Shown here one piece after another: positions 13,100 through 27,500 of a stretch of DNA of 50,373 nt. Source of the DNA: Girardia tigrina (Eukaryota); the NCBI GenBank assembly GCA_001938485.1, contig MQRK01250777.1, forward strand, positions 8,642 to 59,014, in the 5' to 3' direction. Position 1 is the first letter of the stretch. Each line of letters starts with the position of its first letter. The position numbers and the translations under genes were made by a program. The notes beneath the pieces were generated by a model that saw nothing but the letters and a program-made list of their open reading frames with translations, was not told the origin of the DNA and searched no databases.

Positions 13100-13760
13100 A
13101 TTTCTTTCATTGTTGAACTTATTGCAGCGATATCGGATGTAAGTATCTGTCATGCATTGTACAAATTATTCTAGCTTCAATTTGTTTTGGGTACAGTCTA
13201 AAGGCATATTTTATATATTGCAACATAAATAACTTTATTAAAGATTATATTTCGAAATATGTTTCTTTACTATTTTAAATCACTATTAGTTCTGTAATTA
13301 CACAAATTGTTAAGTCTACGCAATTTATATCTAATATTAGCATACTTTAATATGATTGGACAAATTAAATTGCATATTCAGCCAAGGTTTATAAAAATTT
13401 ATTAATCATGATTCAGTAATCATCCATTCCATAACACTTCAAAATGTGATATATTTGTGAGAGATTTATTTTCAATAAAGTATGCTTAGCAATTGTAGGA
13501 CAAATGAAACAAGTAATCTTCTCAATGTATATGATTTCTTACAATTCCCAAATTAATAGAACTTAAGTTTCTATCAAAGTTCTAAACCCCTTGTAAAGAC
13601 TTTGTTTTCAATAATAATTGAACACTCATTGACCTGGAACCCACCAATATCGAAATACTTCAAATCCTTAGCCTCACACGGTTATAGTAATCCTTTTGCG
13701 AATTGAGAACAAGCACATTCTATTAGTTTTCAACTAAGTTTCCATTTCCAAAAGTTACAA
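13100..13760 (-). mobile_element. Degenerate PLE GIY-YIG region
   Basis: Minus-strand GNCKKS..YI-like and IEARII-like fragments; heavily decayed. Confidence 0.4.
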
Positions 13761-14169
13761 AGATTTATTTTTGCGATTTACATAATAAAAATTTAAATAT
13801 GATCTCATAGACAATGGTGTTTTAGATTAGTTTTGTGAGAAATTATAAGTTTTATCAGTTTAGACTTTTATGCGTTTAGAAAATGTCTTTTTTTTGAAAA
13901 TTTTAAAGGTAAACAAGCGGAATCGAGAAATTTGAAGCAGTGTGTCATGCACTTGAGAATACTAATATAAATTTATATTCACTGACTGTAATTTCCTCGG
14001 ATTGAGGTCCAAGGATGTAGGGTATTAAATAAGGAATAGTCACTGTAATAAAGGAAATAATATTTATTTGTACTGGAAATAGGTCAATTCATTACCATTA
14101 CATTATACACTAAGTAGGTCTTGGTGTGGGTGTTTTACAAATGAATCATATCATGCGCATGGTTTTTAA

Positions 14170-14600
14170 AGCTGCGTATTTTATTAAGAGTAGTTGAATA
14201 ATCCATCGGAAATTTCAGTAATTTTAAAAAGAATTAGAAGTCAAATTTTGAGACTTGGTTTATTTTACATCCATTATGTAGCTTAGAGCACATTCAAATT
14301 TTAAAAGACTTTTTAGTTTACAAAACGAAATTCTAGAATTTTTTACTCAAAAAGAAAATACCATTCCAGAAGAGTATGTTATAGATAGGTGGTGTGATTT
14401 CGATTTCCTAGTAGACGCTAATGAAATTCTTAATGAATTAAACAGAAACTATAATCAAAGAGTAAATCTGATTCTTCAATGTATAAACATGAAAATCGAT
14501 ATAGTGAAAAATAAGATTGTTAAAAAATCAAGTTGCCGAAGGAAATACGCGAGATTCTTTCTGACGAGATGAATGAACGGAAAGATAAATTAACTTCAAT
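14170..14600 (+). mobile_element. MULE/FAR1-like SWIM-region remnant
   Basis: IPEEYVIDRW motif following a decayed GI.C.H-like segment. Confidence 0.45.
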
Positions 14601-14999
14601 CGGCGTTTCATAGATTTTAAGAGTAATGTGGGAGAACTTACTGTATTTGAAGATCAATTTTCTTTTAAACTAGAAACAAAACCGTTAAATTTGTCGCTCT
14701 AGTAAATTAAAAAAGCTCATCAATTCACAGTTTTTTTAACTTTATGAATTTTGGCTCGAGTACGAAAAGGTTTTATAACCCTTGATTTAAAGCATATCTT
14801 TTTAATAGTAAAATTTTGTTTTCAAAAAATATTGACCGACAATCTAAACAAAGGGTCATCAAATAAATGTTTACTTTTAGAATTAGTAGCCATTTATTTT
14901 TTGTACTAGAATTTCACAATTAAAATGGCATTTGCAATCATTAAAATGAGGAGAAATTCGGTTTTAAAACGCTTGTTAATTGTTAAAAAATATTTTCAT

Positions 15000-15960
15000 T
15001 TAGGTGAAAAATATGTGGAAGACTGAAATACTTAAAAGAACATGCTTCATCGCTTTTTAAAGCGGTAATGTTGGATGGGGAAAACCAAAACCCAGATATC
15101 GTTCTGGAGGTTGTGAAGCAAACATCCGTGCTGTTAGTGTAAGTATTGTTGAAAATCCCAAAACATCAATTCATCATCCTACAGAGCAGCTGAACATTAT
15201 AAAATCAACTGAGCACATGGTACATAAGATCTTCATTTGGAAGCCTACAAAGTTCAATGGACACAATAATTAAAGTCCTTTGACTACAATTTACGCAGAA
15301 TTTTTGTGGATTTTGTTATTTAAGAAAAAGAAGGAACTGTCTATTTTATAATGTCAGTTCTCCTTAGTGATTAAATACATTTTGAGATCGGTAGATTAAT
15401 AAATAAACAAAATTACAGAATCTGGGGTTAAGAAATTCCACATGAGATAGTGGAAAAACCAATACATTCACATGATGTTACAGATTGATTTGGTTTATGG
15501 ACAGATGGAATAAGTCAAAATAATTTCTTGAAAAATAAAACTAGAAATACAGTTAGTGGCTGAGCTCGATATCGAACAATGATTGCACATTTTTATGGTA
15601 TAAATTATAAGATATGTGCTGAACATGAGGTTTCAACAAAATGGGGCTACATCACTTACAGCCAACGAAACAATTGATCGTTGTGGCCTGCAGTTTGGTG
15701 TGAGAATAATTTCTTGAAAAGGAGATGTCGATTCTCAGCCTAGATCTTGCGATCTGGACTTCCTTCGTTATGGTTTTAAAAGAGAAGGTACTTGCAAACG
15801 ATCTGAAGGTAATCGGTGACCTCAAAGAGAATACAATCAAAGCTCTTGATTAAATTTAACCAAATTTAGGTTGAACTGTAGTCGAAAATTTCCAGAAAAA
15901 TATACCGTGCAGTCATAGAAGGCCATTTTCTAGATATTGTTTATCATTACTAAACCGAAA
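15000..15960 (+). mobile_element. IS630-Tc1-mariner (DD37D/DD41D-like) transposase remnant
   Basis: NKQNYRIWG, FQQNGATSLTANETID and PRSCDL motifs with many disruptions. Confidence 0.75.
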
Positions 15961-17299
15961 CTATTATATTTTCAAAGGAAATAAAATTATTTTAATATTT
16001 AATGTATTTTATTAAACAAAACTTCTTCTTTGAACATCCTTTAAGTATTAAAATTAAATTATAAAATATTTCTTTTAGTCTCAAAAAACTGATATACTTA
16101 GCTTTTGATAATCTTAATTTTTGACATTTTTGGCAAAGGGTCTCCTTGGATAACCTAAGCAAAAGTTAAAACAAATATAGTAAAATATTATTTATCTAAA
16201 GACATCTTATAATCACTTAAATTTACTTTATTTTTTGCATTATATGAATATAATTTACCAAAAAATATAATTGAACTAATATTATTATTTTACACAAAAT
16301 TTTAAGGGGGAATAGAACTCATAATGATTATTGATGTTTTCAAAGTGAGCTGAACACTTATATTTTATTCATAAAGAATTTTGTTGCCATCAATGACCTT
16401 CTTAACTTTTCTTGCGTCAAAGGAACTAAGTTCTTTATTTGTATCATTTTTAATTTAAATTTGAAGTCCTTCTTCAAAATGGTACGAACGCTGGGATAAA
16501 AGTTTCTCCTTCAAATCATTAAAAATTGTAATGCTGTCTGTTAGTTGTGGTGGGCACATCACTCGGGTGGTAATAAAACTCAGTCATCGAATAGAAATTT
16601 GCCAAGACTATCACAAATTAAGATTATCAAAAGCTAAATATTTCAAGTGGTTTTTCACTGTTTAAATTTTCGCCCTACTTGCCAGTATTTAAACAAAATC
16701 TTATTTTTTATCTAATATACATTTCACGCAAAATTATTTCATAAACATTGTTTTGTAAATTTTTATCGATCTTAAACTGGAAAAAAATGATAATATTATT
16801 ATTGAATTTTAATTTCGTTCCACAAAAATTATTCTTACTTATTTTATAACTTTGATTAATAATTACACATGATCTTAAATTTCCGAATGTACAAAAAAAT
16901 TAATAATTCAAATAATCTGTATATTCAAACATTTTCCAAGTGGCTCTTGAGTATCTGACACTGATTCTTGATATATTTTCAGATGATAGATCATCTGCAA
17001 ACTATTGTAAATTCTAAACTCATCCTCATCATCAATAATATCTATGACTTCCTAAAACTCTAATTGGTTTGAAAGACTTGGAATGCTTAGGTGAATTTTT
17101 GAATGTGGTTTATCTTGGATACTGATTGATTTTCATGACGATGGGAAGGAAAATCTTTTGCAATATTTTTTGGGAAAATTCTGTTAAACGAATTTGGTTT
17201 TTGTATATAATAGTTCAGATTTACTTTTTCAGTTTTCTTACTGTAAAATTCAGTAAATGACACACGTAAATGTATCGGAAAATGGGTGTAAGTTTAAAA

Positions 17300-17830
17300 T
17301 TCTAATTATTTAATCAATTTATGAAATAAAATGAAACACTTGTGACAAAATGAAAGAGAGTCTCGTTTGAACAATAATTGATGAATTAAGTAATTTAAAT
17401 AGTAAAGCCTCACGAGAAACTTTCTCACAATCAATTCTAAAATGAATGCAATTTATTTTACAGTGCTTCGCGCAAATATATTTTTTTTTGCTCAAATATT
17501 TATTATTTATTACATTATATTTGTGCAAAGCACTGTAAAATCGTCCTTTCTCTTGAATCCATTTACATACATTAATAACAAGAAAATTAATAAACTAAAT
17601 TGGAACATAAACTCAAAGAAGTTGGAGTTTTTTGACTAAAATTATTTTGAATACGATAACATTTAGACAGGCTATTAATTCGTATTTTGTAATGAATTGA
17701 TCTTAAAATATAAAATAGAAGATTTGAATTTTGAAAAACCTTCTGAATGAGCAATCAATAAATTAATTACCATATAAGAATCTCCATTGGATAATTGGTC
17801 AAGTTTGAACTCATTTTCACTGGATTTCTT
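17300..17830 (-). mobile_element. PLE 3' remnant
   Basis: SREALLFK motif; shares gaacataaactcaaag.agttggag with 6485-6512. Confidence 0.55.
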
Positions 17831-18468
17831 TATTAATTAATTTATAATGACTTTGAATTTTTTTTATTTGAAATATGACTAAAATATTATTAAACAAGCC
17901 GCACTAGAGTGCCTGGAACAGGACTTGCACAGGGTGCTGTTTTCACGCCATGGACCTGGTACTCTGCTTAAACAATTATTTGCTAATTGAATCAATGTTC
18001 ATTGGATTGCCATTATACGAAGTTGTATTGCGAATCATTGCTGATCAGACCCTATAGTCATTAATTAACACCAATAATTTGCCAAATAAAATTTCATCAA
18101 AGTTTAATGATTTTACTAAAACAATAAGTAAACTAAAATTAAAAATAAAAACTCTTAAAAGAATCAATATTTTTTTTCAATAAATAAAAATCATTTAATC
18201 AACAACTGTATTAATTGAATTATAAATTATGTACATATCGTTTTCGTGTTATGATAATTATTCTATTCGCAATGTAGGGAAATTCCCTCAATAACGTTAG
18301 ACACCCTGCCGATTTGACTATGATGTTACAATTTCCAATTTTATATTAGCTTTTTTATATGTAATTACCTTTAATGTATTTGATCGTAATATTAGAAAAG
18401 GAATTATTTAACTTGATATACTAAAATAGTATTCTTTAACGAAATATATGAATATTATTAACTGACAG

Positions 18469-18561
18469 GGAGATCTGAATAATTCTACTACTTCAAATAA
18501 ATCTTGCGAAAATGTTTGCACTCCAGACAAATGCCAATGTGTGGGAATGAAAGGCGGAAGA
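18469..18561 (+). CDS. collagen IV-like exon (7S Cys-rich start)
   Basis: ctgacag|GDLNNSTTSNKSCENVCTPDKCQCVGMKGGR|gtaact. Confidence 0.8.
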
Positions 18562-21500
18562 GTAACTGATTTTTAAAGGATTAGATTTTATTATTTGAAT
18601 AAAGGGACCTCCTGGTAAACGAGGACTTGTGGGACCACCTGGTTCGAAAGGAAACATAGGTCGTCAAGGTATTCAAGGACATAAAGGAGATCGTGGTAAA
18701 ACTGGTAAGACAGGATCAAAAGGTTCCAAGGGTGAAATGGTAAGTAGCAATTGTTTGTCTTCTAAAAATAGATTAAATAATACCTTTGTATAAATTATAT
18801 TTTCTTAAAATTTAAAAAAAATATTTGTTACATTTTTTTACTTTGGTTTCAGATTTCTATTAGCACGTTTCAGCATAATTTTGAACAGAATTTATATGTC
18901 TAGTAAAAATATGTTTAGTATAAAAAGTTTATAGGTTGTAAGCCGCCCGTGAAAAACATTTTTTAAGTCTATAAAACCTTTTAATTTTTGAAACATTTAA
19001 CCTAAAAAAAATCACTTCATTTTGCTTGTTTTCATTAAGAAATTGTAAATTCGGAGTTGGCACATTAATACACTTGAGCTACCTGCATCAATTACTCTTC
19101 ATTTATAAGTAAATTTTGTTTTTCAAAGTGACTATGTCAAAACTAACTGCCAGCATATGGAGTGCCTTTGCCCTGCAATTTCATTATTAATAATAAATTC
19201 AGCTGATGCAAGCATGAATGAATGCATTTGCAGTACAGAAAAAAATCATTGTTTAAGAGTGAAAAAAAGTTGATCATAGTAAACTTTGAGATTGACCGAC
19301 AAACCAACAAACAAACAAACATTTTGATAAAATAATTAATAGTATTTAATAAATTTCAATTTAAAACTATCTAAGTAGAAGAATCTCACACACTATTTAT
19401 TGACTTAAATTTTGTGAATTTATGATTCTTAACAAAAGTGTAAATTATAATATTTTTTCATAAATTGTTACATTCTTTATTTTTATTTGTATTGTTCAAC
19501 ATTTTATCTTTCTATATATTAATTTATTTTTAATAATATAGTTATATATATAATAATATAGTTATATATATACAACTACTTACAATTTTCCAGCGTTACG
19601 TACAGACAAATAGACATTTAAGACAAATATTATATTTATATGATTTATTTATTTTTTCAAAAGTAAGAAAGAAATTTTTGTTTGTGAGGAATATTTGAAA
19701 TGTTTGATGTTTAGTGTTTGAATGTTGTGTGCTGATTTAGGATTGCGTCTCCCCTAACCGTCGTGAGACAGTACGAGAGGAACCACAGATTCGGATCACT
19801 GGTAAATGTGCTTGATCGAAAGGTCAGTGGCACGAAGCTACCATCCGAGAGATAATAATTAATATCTTAATTAATATATGATTAATATCTTAAATCTTAT
19901 TATTTGTATTATTATATACATATATTTGTATATTTGTAAATTATTAAATCAAATTAACATTATCATTTAAAATTTATAATCATAATAGATTAAAAATAAA
20001 TTTGAATAAATTAGTTTCAGAGAATAAGAATTTGAAATTTCAAAATTATTTATATATTTGAATATTTTTTTAAAGTGATATAATCACTTTTATAAAAAAA
20101 ATTATAAGTAATATATTAAGTTAAATGATTTTGATTAATTACTTCCAAACATTGCAATAACAACTTTAAAATATATTTATTTTATTTTTAATAATTAATT
20201 TACATATTAGGTCAACAAAAATTTATATTTAAGAACATAGATTTATAATTTTAAAAATCTTTTAATAGTGTTATTTAATATGGAAGAACCATTAAAAAAT
20301 AAAATATATTCAATTGAAAAAGTGAATGTTGAGACAAATTATTTATTATTTCCTTTTTCCAAAGAAATGGATAATTTTGATCGTGTTTATATCATAAAAT
20401 AAACAATCCTAAAACAAATCACATAAACAACTTTCGCTCCGATTTACCCACTTGTGACCCTTTCCCTTCACAACCTCTTCAGATTGTATTACCAACCAAG
20501 ACGAGAAACCAATTTTTTCTAACCTAAATAGTTTTCTATATAGACAGTTTATATACGGTTTTATATGTTTATATCTAAATTTACATTCACTTTTATATAT
20601 AATAAAATATTTTGTCTTTTATTTTTCAACATGATAAATTAATAACAATTCAATGGATTTTAATTAAATAATTAATTGCTTTGCTTACCCAATCATTGTT
20701 AGGTATTAAGTTAGTTAAGTTAGTTCATTTTCGTTTCGCTGACGACATTTAAGTAATTTAAAACCTAAAAAAAGTTTAATTATTAAAATCCATTTTCATA
20801 AAATAATACAAATAATAAGTCATCATTTAAATAAATGTTAATCTTAGGGTGTCCCATAAGTTTCTTCCCTTTTTTGATGCGAAATGAATAGACGATATTT
20901 GTTTTTTAAAGTTGATTTATTATGTTAAATAAGAATCGTTCTGTTCTATAACCTTCCTCCACCTTTCATCATGCCTCATTGCGCCATCTTTCCGAAATTG
21001 TTGAGGCTTACTTTCAAAATATTCTTCAAGGTGGAGCTTTATTTCGCTTTTGGATTTGAAAGATTTACCACGGAGAGAATTTTTTAAGGAGAGGACAAGT
21101 AATAATCAGATGGAGAGTACTAATTTTGCCTAACAGCCAATGCAACATGTGGCCTTGAGTTGTCCTGGTGGAATATGATATATCATCAGTTCGCCAATTC
21201 TGGCCGTTTTTCTGCTATGGCTGCTTTTAGTTGATTCGGTTGATTGCGAAATTTTTCTGCATTGATAGCATCACGTTGCAGTAGAAGCTCGTAGTACACT
21301 TCATCATTCCAGTCCAACCAAATGCACAGAAGAATCTTCTTCCGATGAAGCCCAGGCTTCGCAACAGTTGAAGGTCTATTTTCTTTAGACTAAGTGCGTT
21401 TTCGATGTACGTTTTGATACAAATTCAGGTCTCGTCTCCAGTGATAAGACTCTTTAAGAAGAAGCAAATCGCATGTAGAGACACAGTTTATAAGACCAGT

Positions 21501-24500
21501 CCACGTCAATAAGTGTGGAACTCAAACTTCACATCGATTCGTATATCCCATTTTGATAAATGCTTATGTACCGTTATGAACCACTTACCGTTATCGCACG
21601 CACATTATATCGCGGATTTTCAGCTTGCATAGTCTTGATAATGTTTTTATCCATCATTGCTGGACGTCCAATGCGGTCTTCATCTTTCAACTTGAAATTT
21701 CCAACTCTAAATGCCTTAAACAAATTTCTGACGGTCTTAATAGTCGTAATAGACGGTCTTAAACCCACGTAAACGGTGCAAATCTCGTCTTTTTGCACTA
21801 CTGCCCTTTTTAAAGCAATGAAGCATAACATGCCGCAAGTGCTTCTTTTGAATCTCCATATTGCACTGTGTAATAAAATTTAAGAGTTTTTGTCACAACG
21901 AAACGTACTTCGAAAAGGCTCTAGGACGACTGAAACCGATGTCAAAAGCGGTTTGGAGGATAAACCTGCAGGTATTTATCAACAGTCAGTCAGAATCATT
22001 CATAGCGGGACACTGAAGAAACTTATGGGACAATTTAATATTTTAATTAATTTGAAATTAAAACGTTTTTTAATGTTTTAGAATAAAATGTTTTGTAGTA
22101 TAAAAGAAAAACAAAATTAATAATACAAATTGAATTAAATATCACTTTTAATTTAGAGTTTTTAAAAAATTAATAAAGGATTTAAAATATTATTTAAAAT
22201 ATAAATATTTGAAAATTGATTTTTAAAAGGAAGAAGAAAGTTTGTTTGAATTTGTTTGTAATAAAAATTATTAATAGTGCTATTATGACTGATAATATTG
22301 ACGTAATTCACAAAATCAATTACTTTTAAGTTATTTGGTTTAATTTAAAGTTGATTTTACATTTAATAGTTTAACTTAAAAATGTCATATGTAAAACATT
22401 GCTTTCATTTCATTTGTTTTAATATTATCGGAAATTGGTTTATGACCTACCGGAAAAATTAGGCAAGTTTAAAGAAAATTCATAAAAGTTATGATCTCAT
22501 CCAAAAGTCAAATATTGTAGGAACTAGCCTAGAATTTGGAAGATACTCAAGGAATGTCTTGAAAGTAAACAATCAATATCATATTTATATAGAAAATCAC
22601 AATGGGCATCAGGCATCACCTTACTGAAGATTATGAAGGAATTTGATATTTCAAACACATAACGAAAATGATCTTAAAAAAAGTTACAAAGAAGTTTGTC
22701 ATATCCGCTATGAATGGAAGTATGATCAAACACTAAAGCACAGTTTGTCCTGAACTTGAAGAACTGATATCATCGAAGAGTTGCCTGATGAGAAACTTCC
22801 ATTGTTGATCGAGTTAGGCCAAGTGTTCATTGAAAGTATCTTTAATCAACAAATTATCTATAAATGTTATAAAACAATATTCCTGAATAAAGATTTTAGG
22901 ATTACCTTAGCAAAAACACATATTCTTCTTTCCGTTGAAAAGTTTTGGTAGAGATGCTAAAGCAGTTATTAAGTGTTAACACCACATAACTTTGCTTTTT
23001 GGGTACGTATCAAAACAAAGGCTTAGAAATTGATACAAAAACGTATTTGATTATCGAAGAATAGAATTATTACGGATTTATTTATTTTGTGTTTACGTAA
23101 ATATTTTTTTTAGTTAGATATGAGCATTGTGATGGGTCACAATTCACAGTTCACATTTGATAATCAAAGGAACTTACAAGATCAAAAAGTTCAAGAACTA
23201 CTTTTCTAGATCACACTTTATTATATCAATCGATAAATTGATTTTAAAATACCCTAATTTCTTGCGAATAACCGGCACCTTATGAATTTCATTAATTTCC
23301 ATAAAATATTAAAATTATTCACGCATAACTCGCACTTCAAATATTTTTTAATTCTTTTTTTAGTTTTAAAATGCCACCGAAACGTAGGTCATATACAACT
23401 GAATCCAAATTAAAAGTAGTCAAATTTGCTGAAGAAAATTTCAATGGAAGAAGTGCGATTCGTGTATATACAATTCTCTGACTTCATTTAGACTTAAAAA
23501 TGAACGAAACTTTTGACACTTGTTTTTAATATTTTTTAATAATATTTCTTTGATACGTAATAATAAAATACATATATAACCCGCTTCAATAATTATTTTT
23601 AGAAAATTTACTTTTTTTCGAAAAACGCGCGGGTTATACGCAATAAATAAGGATAAATAGAAGATTAAAATAAAAACCTTAACAAAATATTTTTCTAAAA
23701 AGATTTCAAAAATTAAATAAATAAATAATAGGCTTGATTAAAAAAGATAATTAATAAATTTCAAGTGAAATATTTTCCGATCAGTTTAGATAAAATTAAT
23801 TACGGTGACATCAAAGACTACTAGAATGTTTTTCCATTTGCTAATGATAATATTAATTTATTAACAAATTATTTTATTATTATTTTCTAATAATAATATT
23901 AATTTAGTAATAAAAAGAAAAAGAAAAAACAACTCCATTAAAAAATATATTTTAAGATAATATATTTCGACGGTGAATATATTTAATGAATGATTTAGTA
24001 ATATTCTACGTAAAATTATTCGAAAAATGTTTTTGACCTGTCATGAGTGTCATGTCCCATACATTGGAGAGACAGTCTGTCAACTTGGCAAACGAATCCA
24101 GGAGCATGCTTATAGAGTGATAAGAGTGATATTTGAGCATTGTAAAACTAATAAATGTAACTTAGTATAAATTATTTCAAGATTTTATACAAGAATTTTA
24201 AAAATTATTGGACGTGTAATTTCAAGAATGGTTAATAAGATTTCGTAATCCAAAAATCAATGCTAAGAAACATTCTCAATCATTATGTTACGAGTTTTTG
24301 ATTAATTTTACTGAAGACATTACACAATCGTTGAAAATTTTTGAAACATTTTAAAATCTAGTTTTAAATGGTGTTGTTTTGTTTATTTGAAAAGATTGCC
24401 ATCGTTTTTTTAATAAAAAAATGGTATCATTTAATTTTTCATACTAAATGCCTACAATCACTATCACAAAAACTTTCATTTTAAAAATATCCAATTCATA

Positions 24501-27500
24501 ATATGTTCCTAGTTAGAGTCATTCGACTGCCTTGGTAGATGTTAATAAACATTTGGAAGGATAAAAAAGATTTAAGCTAACAGATATTTAATTATAAAGC
24601 TAGTACGATAGTTAAAACATTATTTTGTAATTATTTTATTAGTGTTGTTAGGTACGCTATTAACACATTGAATGCTGAGTACGAGATATCTCGTACTTCA
24701 ATATTCATTAGTTAGACGCTAAGTACGAGATATCTCGTACTCAGCATTCAATGTGTTAAATGCTAAAAAGGCAACAATGTAAACTTTTTTTCCCACGCGT
24801 AGCGCGCGTAGCAGACGTTCGGTGCATGATGTCAACAGCAGTCAATGTGTTAATATTAGGTTGGGCGAATAATAATGGCGGTTTTTAAGCTTTATACTTT
24901 GTTTATCTACTTTGATATGTATATAAGTTTAAATGCATTAGTGTTAGATATTATTTGAAATCTAATGCCTAGCTGTATATTCCTATAGCCATATTGTTAC
25001 CTGTGATGAGAAATGGATCCTGTATGATAACCGACGTCGATCTGCACAGTGGTTGGACAAAGATGAAGTACCGAAACACTTTCCAAAAACAAAACTAACA
25101 CCTCGTAAGGTTATGTTGACAGTTTGGTGGTGTGATGCTGGAATCATTCACTATAGTTTCTTGAATCCAGGTGAAACAATCACAGCGGAGAGGTACTGTC
25201 ATGAAATTGATGAAATGCATAAAAAATTGAAAACCNNNNNNNNNNNNNNNNNNNNNNNNNNNNNNNNNNNNNNNNNNNNNNNNNNAACCCTTTGTCCGGG
25301 ATTGGTCAATCGAAAAAGTACCATCCTTCTTCATGATAACGCTAGACCTCATATTTCAAAAGTGACTCTTCAAAAGCTTAATGAGTTGGGCTATGAAACC
25401 CTGCCTCATCCACCATATTCACCAGACCTCTCGCAAATGGACTTCTACTTTTTCAGGCATTTGTACAACTTCCTACGTGAAAAAAATTTCAAAAACCAAA
25501 ATGATGCTCAAAATGCCTTCCAAGAATTTGTCGCTTCGAGAACCGATGCATTTTATGCTGATGGAATNNNNNAACTTGTTTCTCGTTGGCAAAAATGTAT
25601 TGATGCCAACGGTTCATACTTTGATTAATAAACTTTTGTTTCTGTGAATTTGTACGTCTTTGAAGTTTGTGTCCCAAAACCGCCATTATTTTTCGACCAA
25701 CCAAAGATATTTTCTTCAGACATTAAAAAATTAAGAAATTCAAAAATATTTATTATCTAACAATAATAAGGTTTTTTAAACAAATTTCGGAGATTTTTGT
25801 GATTTTTAATTTAACCGTTTTTTATTAATAAATATATGATAAAATATTGATAATCAAAAAATTGAAACCTGGAATCTTATTTTAACGTCTTATTTTAAAA
25901 TCTAATGTCTAGATTTTATTTTACATAAATAAATATACGATGTGATAATGAAATATCGATCATAAGAAAGTAAAATCTTTAACATCAAAATCTAATTTTA
26001 AAATCTTACAAGTGTCGAAATAAATATCGAATTATATGAGAATATGGAATAATTTTCCGTTTTAAACCGTTTTCAAAAGGTTTATTAAGGCAAGTTCCGG
26101 TAATTTATTACATTTACACGTATAAAGAGAATAGAATTATGTAATTTATTATAATCTCATTTACCAGTAATTTAATTGATGTGTAATGGCTTAGGGTCCA
26201 ACCGGAGAAATGGGACATAATGGAACTAATGGATGGCCGGTAATTACTTTTATTCAGTCCCTTATATGATAAGATTTCAGGGCTTTCAAGGATATAGGGG
26301 TCCAATGGGATTTAAAGGATTGATGGGCTGCGATGGAGCCATAGTTAGTGATTATATTTAATTATTATTAAACTTTATTATTAAATAATGAAAAAAAGTA
26401 TTATATTTAAATATTATTGAGAAAAATATTTTTGACTAAAAAATATTATGATTTATTTTTTTTAGGGTGAAACTGGTGATTCTGGCTTAAATGGTACCAA
26501 AGGAGCAGACGGACTTCAAGGTGATGAAGGAGACGTAGGCGACAGGGGTCCAGACAGTAGTTTAGTTAATTCGACCAAGGGAGACCAAGTTAGTATCAAA
26601 GACATTTGTTGTTATAATTATTTTTTCAAGATTATTTAATTGCTTTAGAAAAGATAAAATTTTAAACCGTAATTTAAATGGGAATGAATCCTTAATCAAT
26701 TTAATCACAATTTATGTGCTGTAAATAAATGGGAAAATGATAATTTTATAAATGTTCCTTTTTATTGACAAACGGATGACATTTATTTCTCATTGGAAAT
26801 TTCTTTTAATTTTTAAACACAGATTTCTGGAATTAAAAATTATTTATATTTTATAATAATTACAATATTACAATAATGTGTCGATAATTAAAATTTATAT
26901 TATAAAGTTACTAAATTATATAAATAATCTGTGAAATATATGCAAGAACTGGCAAGTTTTTTCTTATTAAGATAAAATTAAATTGCTCATTATATATAAA
27001 AATAGACTGACCATTAATAGATCTAAACAATTTTTCCAAAAAAAAGTTTCCTTGGTTTCACAAAATCATACGTAAATTTATTAGGCCGCCAGTTTATTTT
27101 GTTTGAAATTAGTTTGAAATTTGAAGAACTAAAGTAAAATTTTATTGATAATTTACCAATACAAATATTTGTCATTCATCAAAATATGCACTCATATTAT
27201 CGACACTTTGGTAATTTGAGCGGCAACTTGTTAAGTCCATTTGAATACAAATTTGGTGGATGAGAATCTATAAATTTTCAAAGAGCATTTTTACAGATAC
27301 TTTGGAATCGAATTCTTTTCCTATCAAAAAGTTTTTGAAATTAAGTCGAAATTGTAGTCAGTTTGGGCTAGGCCTGGTCAGTATGGAAGATGATGCATAA
27401 GTTCAAACTCAAATCACTGTAGTTTTGTCACGATTTCAAGTGCAGTACGTAGTTTTGCATTGGCAAGGAAATGCGGCTGTTGTTCTTTGTGATTCCGCAT

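Noticed and set aside
19757-19856. Functional rDNA locus
   Set aside because: Only ~100 nt, internally deleted and embedded in a repeat.
22450-23200. Coding-like stretch
   Set aside because: Broken frames and no motif I can recognise; probably old TE debris; needs BLASTX.
25236-25285. N run inside the mariner ORF
   Set aside because: Assembly gap or masking, not biology; ORF integrity cannot be judged across it.
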